Source: Strigamia acuminata (lineage: Eukaryota). From it: a stretch of DNA of 64,000 bases. Within the stretch, counting starts at the first letter, position 1; every line of letters starts with the position of its first letter. The stretch spans positions 24,800,001-24,864,000 of the forward strand of contig OX442314.1 of assembly GCA_949358305.1 (NCBI GenBank). The letters run 5' to 3'. Below the pieces are notes generated by a model. The model was not told where the DNA came from and did not search any database. It saw only the letters and a list, made by a program, of their open reading frames with translations. This document shows positions 26,801 to 39,814 of the stretch, piece after piece. Position numbers and translations under genes: made by a program.

Positions 26801-29800
26801 TTGCTGCACACGAGTGCATAGCGCCATTACCTGTCATTATTCCTAAAAATCATGTTTTGTTTCATTTAGGTTCGCAGAAAGGAATTTTCACGTTTGATTT
26901 TGGCGTCGTAACACCAGATGCAGACTATAAAAATCATGTTACGTATGTCATCGCAAGAAAAGTAGACTTCACTGTGCTGCGTTTGATAAAAACTGCACAT
27001 GTGCAATGCATAAGTCACTTCTACAAAAAGGTCTAGGGCCATCAAAAGAACAGGTGAGCCGGTACAGCCTACCAGGCTGAAAGTTGCTGCATGTGTTTTA
27101 CTTTTTCTCAGTAATCTCATATAAAATGGATAAAAATCAACCTGGCATATTAGCAGGGCCGAATAATCCATAAGACAAAGTGGACAATGTGTCCACCCCA
27201 GATCTGGGCTTAAAGGGCCCCAACCGATGCTCGTATTTTTATTAGACATTCCACATTTTACAGGCCGTGTTGTTTTGGTAACTGTAGGCCTTCTGTAATG
27301 CTGGGGACACACTAGGAGCGATGTGGGGCAAATCGCGTCGCTAAGCGATTTTGACGTCATAAAAAATGACGTCGGATCTCACCCGATTGGCTGCGATCAA
27401 AGTCGCAGACCAAAAAGTGCATGCACCAAGTACTGCATGGTCTGTGATTTTGATCGCAGCCAATCAGGTGTGACCTGAGATCATTTTTGATGACGTCAAA
27501 ATTGCTTTGCGTGCGTAGTAATACAGACTGGAGTTAGGAGTAATGCGGCTCGGCCAATGGGAGAAGGCCACCCTTTTGAGTCGAACAAGAGTATAGTGTG
27601 TCCCCAGCATAACTATAATCCATTAAGCCTACGACAATCCGCCAATATCTATTGCCAAGTCTGACAGCTATGGGCTCCTAAAGGCCTGAATCCGGCCCTG
27701 GACATTCATCATCTACAGTTTTGGTGTTTGCTATGAAACCAAAACTTGTCTGCAGGAATTGGAGTCCAACTGACAATTTAATCGCTATTAATTGGCGATA
27801 CTTACTGATTATACTGCTCAACTGATGATTGGCGAGATTCGTTACTCCATCTGGATGCATTCTACATTACAAGCAAACACAATCAACCAACTTGAACGTT
27901 TCGATAGACGATTTTTAATTTTGTTTGCTAAATTTAACTCAAAGGAATCTGCAGCATGAATTCACATTCCACAGACACTATTTGGCTAGTCAGGTCCTGC
28001 AAGATGTCCGTGACAAATTTTGTTAAGCGTCCAGGGGTCTAAAATCCCTCCAAAATAAAAGAAACGGCGTATTCTGCCAAATGTAATAAACAAATCAGAA
28101 GTGAACACTTCAAAAGGAATTCATTTCATTACTGAAAATTGAATTTGAGTTAAACGAAGCAAAAAATTATTTTTTTCATTCCAATACAGTCGAAACTCTT
28201 TAAAACGAATCGCATTATAACGAATTATCGATATAACGAATACCTAAAAATGCCTGATTTGGTTGGCTGGGCGTAAAACACCAGATTAAAGAATTTCGAT
28301 ATAACAAATTCTCGCTATAACGAATCGATTTTTCGGGTCCCTTGCGATTCGTTATAAAGAGTTTCGACTGTGATGTTTTTTCCTGTCGTACCGAACAGTT
28401 AGCGCCACAATCAAAACACCTGTGGTCAGCCCATTCTGGATCACAATAAGTCCATGGTAGTATTTTCTGCATTGATGCGATTAGATAAAAGAAACAAACG
28501 GCTGCTAATACCACGTAATATGTCATAACGTAAAAGCTGCTCAATGCCTGTCCTATCCCAATTCCTACAGAAAATAAAAGTTAAACACCCAACAGCAATA
28601 AAAATAGAAACAACAATAATAATAATAATAATAACAATTTTTTAATTCAATGATGCTTAGCATGACATACCTTTAAGAAGTGGAACACAATGCCATGCTT
28701 TGACGCTGCCGTAACTACAAAACTGACCCAAGGCCAGCTCCATGAAATAAAGTGGACGTCCGATGAGAAACAAGACGATGAGGTATGGAATGAGGAAAGC
28801 TCCTAATCAAGGATCAGACAATTAACAAATTAGTTCCACAACACAAAAATGGTGCATTCAAAGTTTGTTTTCCAGTATTTAATGTGCCTGCAAAACAGAC
28901 GGACACCAGAAGCAGCCACCAACCATCGTTGAAAAGTGCAAAAACTTAAACCATGGCCAGATTGGTTTTTAAAGTGTTCAAAATGCGTGGCGTGTCAACT
29001 ACTTCGCGTCACTAACGCACGTTTCGCTCAAGCACCTAGTCATTTTTTTAAACTTGGCATTGGCCTTAAATAATCGGAAACAAATTTACTTTACTGGCCA
29101 CCTCTCAGATCATCTCCAAAATTTGGATTTAGGGGTGTTCAAGAATGGGGAAACAAATGGCGTTGACGGTTTTGGGGTCAAACAAAAACAGAAGCGGAAA
29201 AGAGGAGATTAACGACCAGTTATATTACTTTTAATTGCCATCATATGGCCCATTTTTTCAATTTTTTAATATCATTGTTAGCTGTCAGCATTGTTATGCG
29301 CGTGCTTTTTCCTTTCTTATTCAAGGGGAGTAACGTAAATAGTCGTAAGGACCGTACACGCTGCAACAGCCATGATGACGACCTAAGTGGTCAACGAAGC
29401 TGTGCGTAAGGCACGGCAAACAATACAGTAAAGCATAGATTATCCGAACTAATTGAGAAACATAGGTGTTCATAAAAATGATTTGTTTGTGTTGGGTCTC
29501 CGACTCCCCATTTTCTATAACACTGTAACAATAGCAATTTATAACACTGTATTGCTAGGCTACGCATAATCGAACATTATGCTTTTATACATATGAAAAT
29601 CAAAAATCGTTAAAAAGCATTAAAAAATCGATTAAAAAAATCGATCACCGCTGTACTGTATTGTAGCAAAATAATCACAATGCCCACGACGTCCCCAGGC
29701 TGAGCTGTAGCACTGCAAACCCAAGCATGCCGGGCACGGAATACACTTCTGGATAAACTGATCCTAAAACAGAAGTTTAAAAAAGGCCATAAACCGTTAT

Positions 29801-30321
29801 AAAACAGTCTTCCCATCAATTTCTCATTTAATGAAGTGCATCCACCATCGCGTTGGCACTCCCCACACCGGGTGGTGTCCGTCCCCACACGCACAATAAC
29901 GATAACATAAACAAATTCTCTCATGTTCAATGATGTTATTTTCATAATGAGCAACAGTTTTGCACGCTACAAACAAAATATTAAATCCTTAAAAAATATC
30001 TGAACCAAATTACCCCCGCCATTTTCGTATGCCGTGAATGGGAATCTCCACACATTTCCCAAACCAACCGAGGACGCAATGCACGACAACAAGAATTCCA
30101 TCGGTCGTGTCCAGTTATCTCGATCCCTGACATCATCTTCGCTTGATTCCGAATATTCTTGTAACTGAAATCACAAATCACAAATCAAATTAAATAAATT
30201 TGGAACAAAACAAAAGAGGAAAAAAATTTACAGGGCACGCAGAATCGACACTACAACTACTCGAAGGTGAACTTAAATTATCGATTTGTATTATTTCATT
30301 CGTGCGATTTTCCTGCACCAT
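17841..30321 (-). CDS. SLC6 sodium:neurotransmitter symporter family, nutrient amino acid transporter (NAT/NAAT1-like)
   Basis: Spliced ORF, exons: 30321-30232, 30164-30014, 28802-28671, 28564-28392, 27861-27806, 26196-26064, 25177-25043, 20593-20490, 20426-20302, 20230-20115, 20044-19922, 19837-19738, 18400-18300, 18225-18055, 17984-17841 (TAA). Motifs: [74 protein letters not shown], and LDTFTS (the TM7 Asp typical of arthropod NATs). The first exon is less certain; a further in-frame exon lies at 30557-30504. Confidence 0.93.
18960..19670. repeat. ~31-32-bp intronic minisatellite in the SLC6 gene
   Basis: About 20 degenerate copies of aaaagtgcaaaaactgcacatttttagacaa. Confidence 0.9.
20800..21271. 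mobile_element. Tigger/pogo-like MITE with internal ~42-bp tandem array
   Basis: TA TSD; TIR CAGTAGAGCCTCGATTAT / ATAATCGAGGCTCTACTG; decayed relative at ~29426-29658. Confidence 0.85.
22270..22577. mobile_element. Mutator(MULE)-like palindromic non-autonomous element
   Basis: 9-bp TSD CATTTTTGA (22261-22269, 22578-22586); arms made of cattttagcga / tcgctaaaatg repeats; inserted in an older MITE (~22160-22669). Confidence 0.8.
22848..23254. mobile_element. TA-flanked MITE, same family as 1724-1944
   Basis: Ends tatactcttgttt.. / ..aacaagagtata; shared ttctcctagt..cagtctggagttag..aatg.ggctc block. Confidence 0.7.
23892..24031. mobile_element. PIF/Harbinger-like palindromic MITE
   Basis: TSD ACT/ACT; ~45-bp near-perfect TIR AGCTGCATTCAA(T)AAGTCTAAAACGACTCGTTTCTGTCGTTTCGTG. 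Confidence 0.85.
24479..24918. mobile_element. hAT-like MITE filled with phased aaaatgcattttt tracts
   Basis: Ends CAGAGCCGGATTAA / TTAATCCAGCTCTT; degenerate 8-bp flanks. Confidence 0.55.
25546..25817. mobile_element. CCGTA-type Tc1/mariner(pogo) MITE
   Basis: TA TSD; TIR CCGTATTTTATCGATTAAGAG / CTCTTAATCGGTAAAATACGG. Confidence 0.8.
27299..27609. mobile_element. PIF/Harbinger-like MITE carrying a fragment of the 1724-1944 family
   Basis: TSD TAA/TAA; TIR TGCTGGGGACACACTA / TAGTGTGTCCCCAGCA; internal palindrome at ~27335-27510. Confidence 0.8.
28187..28370. mobile_element. Tigger/pogo-like MITE (uninterrupted copy of the 13507 family)
   Basis: TIR CAGTCGAAACTCTTTA / TAAAGAGTTTCGACTG; ends only 21 nt from an SLC6 exon boundary. 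Confidence 0.85.
29076..29290. mobile_element. One-armed copy of the Merlin-like MITE at 62151-62680
   Basis: ggaaacaaatttactttactggccacctctcagat...ggagattaacgaccagt matches the TIR of the 62 kb element. Confidence 0.7.
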
Positions 30322-31132
30322 CTCTTTGATGCGCTGCTCTCATTTACTTTGCACGGAATGTTTATTTATAGCGAGCTTTTAAAACAGATCTGACAAACGT
30401 GTTTTATTTTTAATCCTTCCTCTCTCTTGACTAAATAAGTGCGGCACCTCTGCCTCTTCTTTCTTTCTCTCTCTCTCTCTGCGTTAAACTGAATTGAACT
30501 TACTTGAAGGTCAGCAGGTTTATTTCTGTTTTCTAATAAATCGGACACCGTCTGTAACTGAATGCTATGAACGGGCTCATTCTACAGAATCAAACGAAAC
30601 ACAATATAGTGAGACAATTAACTTTTTATAAAATAAATAAATAAAAATATAAATAACATCAATGTTAGCAAACGTTCCGAACATGAAATTTTTCCAAATA
30701 TGTAAGAAGAAAACAACAAAAGATCACGTTATTGTGTCAGTAACTGTATATCAAATATGGCTGCCTATTTAGCCTCAAAGCGGCGAGCATTAAATATCAA
30801 AATAGAAATCTGTATAAATCATCTATCTATTCTAAATAAATAGGCAAAAGGGAATCTGGGTTGTCAGAGACGAAAAAGAGAAGTTAAGCTCGACTGATCC
30901 GGTATGATCCCACTATTTACAAAATGAGAAAAATGCAAATGGCGGAAACCTTGATTGGCACTATTTGCTTCGTAAACAAGGAAATTAAAGTCTGGTTTGC
31001 TTGATTACGCAAAGTAAACACAAACGTGCTGGAAATTTGTTTACACAACTAAAATTTGAGTGTTTTGACGTAAATAATAAACCGAATTACAATAATTATT
31101 TGCTGTTCCTTATACGTCAATTAATTCTCATT

Positions 31133-31667
31133 TACCATGTTTACAAGTTACCAGTTATCTAGATAAGTAAAAATGCGAATTTTTACTTATCTAGAAAACT
31201 GCATGCGTTTACAAAGAATCAGTTTTCCAAAAAATGTGACGTCATGTGACGTATTTAACTCTCTGTTAAACTTGCGCATTAATCATCCACAATGCACTGT
31301 GCACAAACAATATGTCTTCCCGCCAACCTCGGAAAATATTGTTTTGTTTTGTTGGTGTTTCCCATCTAACAATATTCATTCTAACATTGCGAGCACTGTG
31401 ATCGCTCCATTTTGGCGCCATGTTTTTAATCAGTTGCATTACAGCGTTGTTGTGACGTCAACTTTTCTAGATAAGTAATGAGTGGGTGTTTACATTGCAA
31501 ATGGCAATGCGCAAAACACCCAAAATCTACCTCAAACAAGTGGATTTTAGTTTTCCAGATAAGTTTGACTTTTCTGGAAAACTGATTTGTTTACATGATC
31601 AGTTTTCTAGAAAAGTAAAATTCGCATTTTTACTTATCTAGATAAGTGAGTACATGTAAACATGGTA
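31133..31667. mobile_element. PIF/Harbinger-like MITE
   Basis: TSD ATT/ATT; long TIR TACCATGTTTACA...TTATCTAGATAAGTAAAAATGCGAATTTT. Confidence 0.8.
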
Positions 31668-33916
31668 ATTGACTATTTCATTTTTACAAAACAGGAACTT
31701 GACACCATGACAACTTTTATATTTATATCTAAAATTACAGTTCCTCGTCGAACCCTAAAACCATCAAATTAAAAATATAAAATATTAAAATATAAATATA
31801 AATCAGCCTAAAAGCAACTTGAACAACAAAAATGATTTAAAAGCTGATTAAAATATGTGAAATATTTTAACAACAGAAAAAAAAACCTGTTTAAAATTGC
31901 AATTAAACATGTTTTATTGTTAATGTTTTGTAACTTGCACACTGTGACTGAAAACAGATAAATCGGCGTCCATTTTTTTTTAAGTTCGATCCAAACAACC
32001 CTGACCGAATCAAACAAACATAAAATTTACATTCGAATTTTAGAGTTGAAAACAAACACCTTCGATTTAATCCAATTTGACCTTTTCTTCCCCAAGGAAA
32101 ACATCTAAATTTTAAAATAAATTCCCTTTCTAAACCCGCCGAAAGCTGCAAAACACTCGCAAATTGAACCCGTCTTGCACGTAAGCACTGCAGCGAAGCC
32201 CACAACAAACTCACAAAATCAAATACCAAATGTCAATGAATGTTATCGTACACCCAATCAAAACACGAAAACCTCCCCGACCCAAATTCCCTTCTTATAA
32301 GCCTAATCCCACAGCTTTAACCTAACAAAACAAAAAGAAAATGAAGCCTGCACTTCGCCATGACGTAACACATCGCTAAAGTTACTGTTTGCCTGTATTT
32401 TAACGCTGATTTACCCGATTTGAATTACAATAGCAGGAGGGGTTTCGTTTGCCGACACTTTCTCGTTTTATTGTCAACAACCTTTGAAACTAAAGCGTAA
32501 GATTTTTTGTGCATCACGTGGGCGCGGATTTCTTTGTACAGAACGTCAATGGAGAGTCAACTCAACCTAAAAAACATACAAACAAATAAATATCTTACAT
32601 TTAAACAAACCATGAATAAGAAACACTTAATTTAATACCGTAAAATGCTCTAATTGAACAGCCGCGCTCTATTGACAGAACCTTGGTTTTCCCCCGTAAT
32701 TTAGATATTGAATTCAGTCGATTTAGACATTTTCTTTTAGTATTTTGATCAATTTTAGACATTATTTTAGCGTTTTTGATCATTTTAGACATTATTTTAG
32801 CGTTTTAGATCAATTTAGACATTTATTTTCGTCGTTTTGGTCAATGAGAGCATTTACGGTAATAACACTTGAATCGTCACCTCGCGTTAACAATATTGTA
32901 ACAACGTATCAATGCGCGAACAAAGGTTTTTACATATAAACCCTAAAAAAAATATTCCGTCGTCGTCATTGAATTAATCCCTGTTAAAAGACGATGACAT
33001 TTGAGGGTTTCGAACAAAGGTATAAATTAAAATCGATTTGAATAATTTATGAGTGATAAAATGAGTCTATTTAAAACGTTAAAATAAATTCGTGTAACGA
33101 TCACCGTACGAGCCATGTCTAGTCTGAGGGATCGATAAATAATGACGTCATCGCAATTATATTTATATCTGCACACGGTTATGTTGTATCTTATATGGGT
33201 GGATTAATGCAGGAATGAAATGAACTGTTGTGTTTTCACGAGGTGACGAACGTGTGTGTGGTAATTTGTTTGGCAAACTTACGGTTTTCTGTGCGGATCT
33301 GTTTTGATTGGGATGTAGTGCAGGAAAGATGCCGGCCTACAACGATGATCAATTTGAATTTAAAAATCCTTTTTTTTCTTTTTTTTTCTGGATTTTTATA
33401 CCGGTTGTAAGGTATTTTAGCAACTTCCTTCCTTCTATGACATGTACGGTCAAGTAAATTGGATTTGTTGATCGGTAATGAAAAAAAATCGGGTTTTTCC
33501 CACACAGGTAGACGAGCAGCGGCAGCGAGCGGAATGACCTAACGTCACAATTTGTACATATTGGCTAATACCATCACGGCCTACCAATTGCAACAGGCCT
33601 GCTGCTTCGTGTTTTACGAACAACTATAGAAAAACTATTGGATTATGTATAACTGTATAAATATTAATTCTTAATAAATGTTAATTTCATTTAATACGAC
33701 GTGATACAATTAAATAAAATTGGAAATTATTTAATTTGTAATACCATCTGGAGATAATATTTAGAAGGAAAAAGTGACGTTATGAAAAGATGGCGGTGCA
33801 AGCATTTGATTATATGGGTGTGAAAGTAATCGCAGTTCACGAAGACTCGGAGAGAACCACGCAGCAAATAACATTGCAATCTTAGTCACACACTGATAAG
33901 CACACAGGTGAAACAA

Positions 33917-36011
33917 ATGAATTTAGGACCGTCAAACCCTAACGGTCTGCTGTTTGCCGGATTCAATCAAGACCAAGGTATGAAAAACACAAATTGATTG
34001 ACATTTCTTTAATTCAATCAATAAATTAATCAAAGAAATAAAAAAAAACAAAAAAATCCACTTCATTCAACTGACCACGATGTCACATGTGCGTACAAAT
34101 CCGTTGACTATTTTTAGGTTGTTTTGCGTGTGGCATGGAAAATGGCTTCCGAATTTACAACTGCGATCCGATAAAAGAAAAAGAACGACAAGGTAAAAGA
34201 TAAATAAATAAACCAATCAATAACAACACGATATAAATCCGCTCTAATTTCTTCATCGAACAGATTTCACCGACGGTGGAGTGAGTTACGTCGAGATGTT
34301 ATTCAGGTGCAATTACCTCGCACTTATTGGCGGTGGAAAATCGCCCAAATATCCGCCAAATAAAGGTAAATAAAATAAATAAACTAACGGACTAATGAAA
34401 AATTGATGTATTTATTTGTCAGTGATGATTTGGGACGACCTGAAGAAGAAACACGTGATCGAGCTGGAATTTTCGAGCGATATCAGAGCGGTGAAACTGC
34501 GCCGCGATCGAATCGTGGTCGTTCTCGAGACGATGATCAAAGTTTACACATTCACTCAGAACCCGCAACAGCTGCATGTCTTCGAAACGTCGTTGAATTC
34601 GAAAGGATTGTGCGTTTTGTGTCCCAACAGCAACAACTCGTTACTGGCTTTTCCCGGCCGGCGAATCGGGCACGTTCAAATCATTGATTTGGCGAACACG
34701 GAGAAGCCGCCGTTGGATGTGGCCGCTCACGAAGCCGCGTTGAGTTGCATCGCTTTGAATTTGCAAGGCTCGAAATTGGCCACTGCGTCGGAAAAAGGGA
34801 CTTTGATTCGAGTGTTTGATACCAGTAGTGGTGTTTTGCTGAGCGAGTTACGTCGTGGGGCCCACCAAGCGAATATTTATTGGTAAATCGGTGTTAGGGT
34901 TTTTTTTTTGTTTTTTTTTTTTAAGTTTGTAATTTGGATTATTTTTCGTAGCATTAATTTTAATCATGATTCTTCTTTACTCTGCGTTTCGAGCGATCAT
35001 GGTACAGTTCATATTTTTGATACAGAAGATTTGAAACGAAATAAACAATCCAGGTAAGTTCAAAGTCCTTCGGTGCAAACATTTTATTTTTTAAATGTCA
35101 TTTTTTTTGTTTGAAAGGTTAAATTCTGGCTTATAAAGGTCAAATTTTGTTTTAATAGGTCAAATTTTGGCCTATAAAATTCAAGTTTTGACTGAAAATG
35201 CCAATTTTTGGCCTACAACGCTCAAACTTTGTATAGAAAGGTCAAATTTTGGCATAAAATGGTCAAATTTTGGCATAAAATGGTCAAATTTTGGCATAAA
35301 ATGGTCAAATTTTGGCATAAAATGGTCAAATTTTGGCATAAAATGGTCAAATTTTGGCATAAAATGGTCAAATTTTGGTTTAAAATGGTCAAATTTTGGT
35401 TTAAAATGGTCAAATTTTGGTTTAAAATGGTCAAATTTTGGTTTAAAATGGTCAAATTTTGGTTTAAAATGGTCAAATTTTGGTTTAAAATGGTCAAATT
35501 TTGGTTTAAATGCTCAAATTTTGGTTTAAAATGCTCAAATTTTGGCATAAAAATATAATTTTTCGCAAAAGAATGCATTTTAGTGTCTGAAAATGCACTT
35601 TATTAATAATCTAAAATGGCCGTACCGAATGCCACGACTATTTTAACTTCAATATAAATAATTTTAAATGCAAATATTTCTCTTTTATTTACAGTTTTGC
35701 ATCTGCTACTTTTCTACCAAAGTACTTCAGCTCGAATTGGAGTTTTTCTCGTTTTCAAGTGCCCGGTGACCCCCATTGCATCTGTGCTTTTGGTACAGAA
35801 ACTAATTCAGTCATAGGTAAACACCAAAACCAAGCAAATAAAAAAAAATAAAAAATAAAAACCCCTAACCCTTTATTTTCTCTATTATTCCAATAAAACA
35901 GCTATATGTGCGGACGGAAGTTACTACAAATTCATCTTTAACAGTAAAGGCGATTGCTCACGCGACGTTTACAACCAATTCCTGGAAATGACCGACGACA
36001 ATAAACAATGA
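33917..36011 (+). CDS. WDR45B: WD repeat phosphoinositide-interacting protein 3 (WIPI3/WDR45B, Atg18/PROPPIN family)
   Basis: Exons 33917-33977, 34118-34192, 34264-34365, 34423-34882, 34952-35053, 35695-35816, 35902-36011. Motifs: [57 protein letters not shown] phosphoinositide-binding motif, [20 protein letters not shown]. Confidence 0.96.
35236..35552. repeat. 21-bp intronic minisatellite (~15 copies)
   Basis: aaaatggtcaaattttggcat, then aaaatggtcaaattttggttt units. Confidence 0.95.
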
Positions 36012-36218
36012 AACGATTAAACAACACATTAGTTAATTTACCTTATTATAATTCTAATCATTATGGTTATTTCCAGTTGTATATTTTTCATACCGGTGCG
36101 ATAATAAACGATAATGCGACTTGCCACGACTTTGAAATAAATTTAAATAGCTTTTTATTACTAAATATTTATACAATCACATTCCGGAACAATTTTTTAG
36201 GTAATTTCAACGGCGCTT

Positions 36219-38610
36219 TCAGGCCATACATATTTTGTCCACGTCACAACCATCGGCAATACTTTGATAGATGTGTATAAAATCGGCGAGGGGACACGGC
36301 TGACTCGAGCACTGCGAGAAAACCAGCTCGCGCTCTTGGAAGAAACTCGCTACTCTGTGCTCGTATTTGCATTCCAGCAAAATGAATGCTAAATTCGAGG
36401 CGAAGGGGTTGATGTAGCTGGTTCGCCAAGCTCGCTGTTGTTGGGTGTTCATGTTCGAAGCGAGAGGCGGTTCCTCATCTTTAAATAAACCCATTCGAGC
36501 GAGGACCTTTAAGAGCATTCCCGATGAGCCGAAGCGAAGAACGATGTTTGGTTCCGTCCGGTTGTATATAGCTTTGGATCTGAGAATAATGGCGGAGATT
36601 TAGCTGCGTTTTTTGTTTGTTTTTCGTGGAAACTCACGTTAACCGTTCTATCAAGTCTCGAACGGGTGGGCAGGCTTGCATGTAGTTTATTTGATGGCCG
36701 TAACCGTGTTTATAATACATTTTTATATCTTCCGCGTATTCTAGTAATTTGAGGTCTCTGGATCTGAAAGCTGCGCACCAGGGCGAGACGGTGTCCTCGT
36801 CCCAGGCAGCTTCGAAACGACAGGCGTCGTACATCAATTCTACGTCCGCTGGTGATAAAATTCGGAGTGAGATTTAAAATTGTTAGAGGTTTTGACAAGG
36901 ATTTGTTGGTATTCGACAGTTTTCTGATACTCCGTGCAAATTTTATAAATTTATTGGAATATATTTTTTTAAAAATCTGAAATTTGTCAAAATTTATCAA
37001 AATTTTCTCAATCTTTTCTACATTAAAGAAAAAAAATGTCAAATTTTAATTGAAATTTTCGAAAATTGCTCAAATTTTATCGATAATACCACTCGCCGGT
37101 TCTCGACCAATGAGAAGTAGCCGAAGCAACCGAAGCAGCCAATCAGCTCACTTACCATGTGATAATTTCCATTTAAGTCCGACTCGTTCCGTCACGTCTT
37201 TAATCAAATTCTCCATCTTCTCGCCCTTATTAAATTTAGCAACTTCGAACAACGCTTTATGGTTGAAGGAGACCGTCTAGTAATTACAGAACATTGTAAA
37301 TTTTTGAGCCGTTCTGTTTAACTCTTTTACAATTCTCACATTTTGCCACAAGCGGCAAGTCTTGTAAAACCGAAGCAACTGATGGTCTTCCACCGGTATG
37401 TGCAGTCTTGCATCATCGCCCCATAAACCCATCATGAAAAATTTAGCGCTCATTTTAACCCTTTCATTGTCTATCACACGTATGTCCAGTTTCCGTCGAT
37501 ATCGTTGCTGCTGAAGCAGCCCAGGAAACCGAATTTTGAATCGCATTCCTAAAAGTAATATTATTTAAACAAAAAACAATAAAAAAAAGTATTAAAATAA
37601 ATTATGTATACAAACCAGTGGCTTTTAATTCGCTCTCTCCAATCGGTGCTAATTTCTCGGCCATGTCCACCGTCAAGTGGCTATGCCACGATTTTAAATT
37701 TTCCAAATCGACCTCACATAATGTTCCTTTAAAACAAAAAATTAAAAATTAACGAAAAAATGAATAAAAACGATTCAATTTGGTGATAGTCTGTTTCACC
37801 TAATTTTCATCCAGCATTAAATTTTACACGATTTTACCCGGTTTTACACGATTTTATCTGGTATTACATTATTTTATCTGGTTTTACACAATTTTATCTG
37901 GTTTTACACGGTTTTATCTGGTTTTACACGATTTTATCTGGTTTTACACGATTTTATCAAGTTAGACACAAATTTATCCGTTTTTACAAGTTTTTACCCG
38001 TCCTAATCTGCCCTAAAATCAATTAAAAACGAGTTAAATTATGTAAAAACGAGTAAAATCATGTAAACACGAGTTTAAACGGGTACAAACTGTTAAAACC
38101 GAATAAAATCGAAATACCGATCATTCGATTTTTCTGTTTTTTGATTTCAGGAAAAACAGGAATTCATATTTCTCCGGATTAAAATTAGGCAAAACAGGAA
38201 TATAAATCATTCTATGAATCATTCCTTGCATTCATAGAACCTTTTTTCTGCGTTGCCGCCACAACAATTGCATCACGTATGGAGGGCAGTCGGTCGCGCA
38301 TCCTTCTGACGACGTCCAACTTGGGATATCGTGTTCCGTGCCGCGAGAGAAAATAAAACTGAACCGGAGTGCATCCTAGGATTTAGGTTTCGATTTTTAC
38401 TATGGTATAAATTTTACAAATCCAATATAAGTGTTAACCAGGGTAATCAATTTGTCGAACTGTGTACCCTCGTACTTCATCGTATGAAGTTTTCGATCCG
38501 AATAGTTTGTACGGCATCCGTTCGTACGCGTAACAGGGTTTATTGTTTTTGGAGCAACTTACAAAATAAGATAATGATATTAGCAATATAATTTGTAAGT
38601 GCCGCTTCAT
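36219..38610 (-). CDS. MINPP1: Multiple inositol polyphosphate phosphatase (MINPP1/Mipp-like, histidine acid phosphatase family)
   Basis: Exons 38610-38439, 38375-38241, 37726-37616, 37548-37340, 37276-37156, 36848-36638, 36579-36219. Signal-peptide-like N-terminus, FGSKTSY, RHGTRYP, MYDACRFEAAW..SPWCAAF..LEYAEDIKMYYKHGYG, PFASNL. Confidence 0.92.
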
Positions 38611-39814
38611 GTTTGACGGGCCTGTGTTGAAATAAAATATAATTTTTTACTGTCAGTCACTCATTTTATTTCGTGTGATAAACTGCAAAATACCTGCTCG
38701 GTCAGTGACATCGATTTGTACGGGAAGTCTCGTCACCAAACTCCATTTGGTACCGTGAAAATAGTTCACAAATACTCAACATTTTTTTACCGAAATTGAT
38801 ATTCCTAAAAACTGAAAATGAAAGAATTAGATCAGGTAAAATTCACAATACATCATTTTAATACTTGCCTCCATTTTGAAAGTTATGGTTACAGCCGATT
38901 TTAGATAAACAATGACCAAAAGTTCAACAATTTAACTACACATTAGGCCTAATGGCGCATGACACTGTGGGTGCACTGGGCATTCATTTATGGCCCCGTT
39001 TCAGTAGATCAGGTTACCAAAAATATTTTTTTCATGCCCCATTTTGTGTTTGGGCCCCATTTATACCTGTCTATAAGCAATAAATCACAACCGATCCAAA
39101 ACTCGGTTCAGCTCGTCAATTTTTTTTAATACCAAATAGAATTACAAGAAGACTTCAGATTCATTCTATTTATTTCAGTATAACTACAATAAGTATTTAA
39201 TAACTTTCTCACATGAAATGCATGTAGCGTATTACCAACATATAAAGTAGCCATTTTTGTTGTTACCAGCTCCTTTCGTCAGAAACTTCAATTATTTTAT
39301 CCCTTACCAACGACACCAAAAGAAAAAGAAAGAAGAAAAAAATCCAAATTATGTCAATTTCTATTACGGAGTAATATTTATACTTTTTGTTCGTGTATAT
39401 ATATATAAATATATTGCAAGTAAAATTTCGGTAACGAATTGCTGCTGTTGTAACAAATAACGATCATTTTGTGCATTGACAATTATAGGATTATGAAGAA
39501 AATATACCAGACTATAAAACTGTACATTGTATACAAAAAAAAACGAAAATTACTGGTCATTAGTCTACAATATGGAATGCTAAAAGTTGATTTTACATTC
39601 TATCGATCGAATGGACCGTTCTAATGGGATATTTTTTACCAAAAACCGGTCCGATAGTGACTTTTATCGTTCTTTCATTCAATATTGCTCGTCGCCAATA
39701 CAACAAACTTCAAAGAAAGGTGGGGAGAAATACTGAGATTTCTGTTTATAACAATATACAGTTCAATGTCGACTAATTCTATTCTGCTTTTTATTCCAAA
39801 AACTATGCACGCCG

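Noticed and set aside
35167..35578. ORFs with KWSNFGI / NQNLTIL / MVKFWHK repeats
   Set aside because: Translation of a 21-bp minisatellite inside WDR45B intron 5
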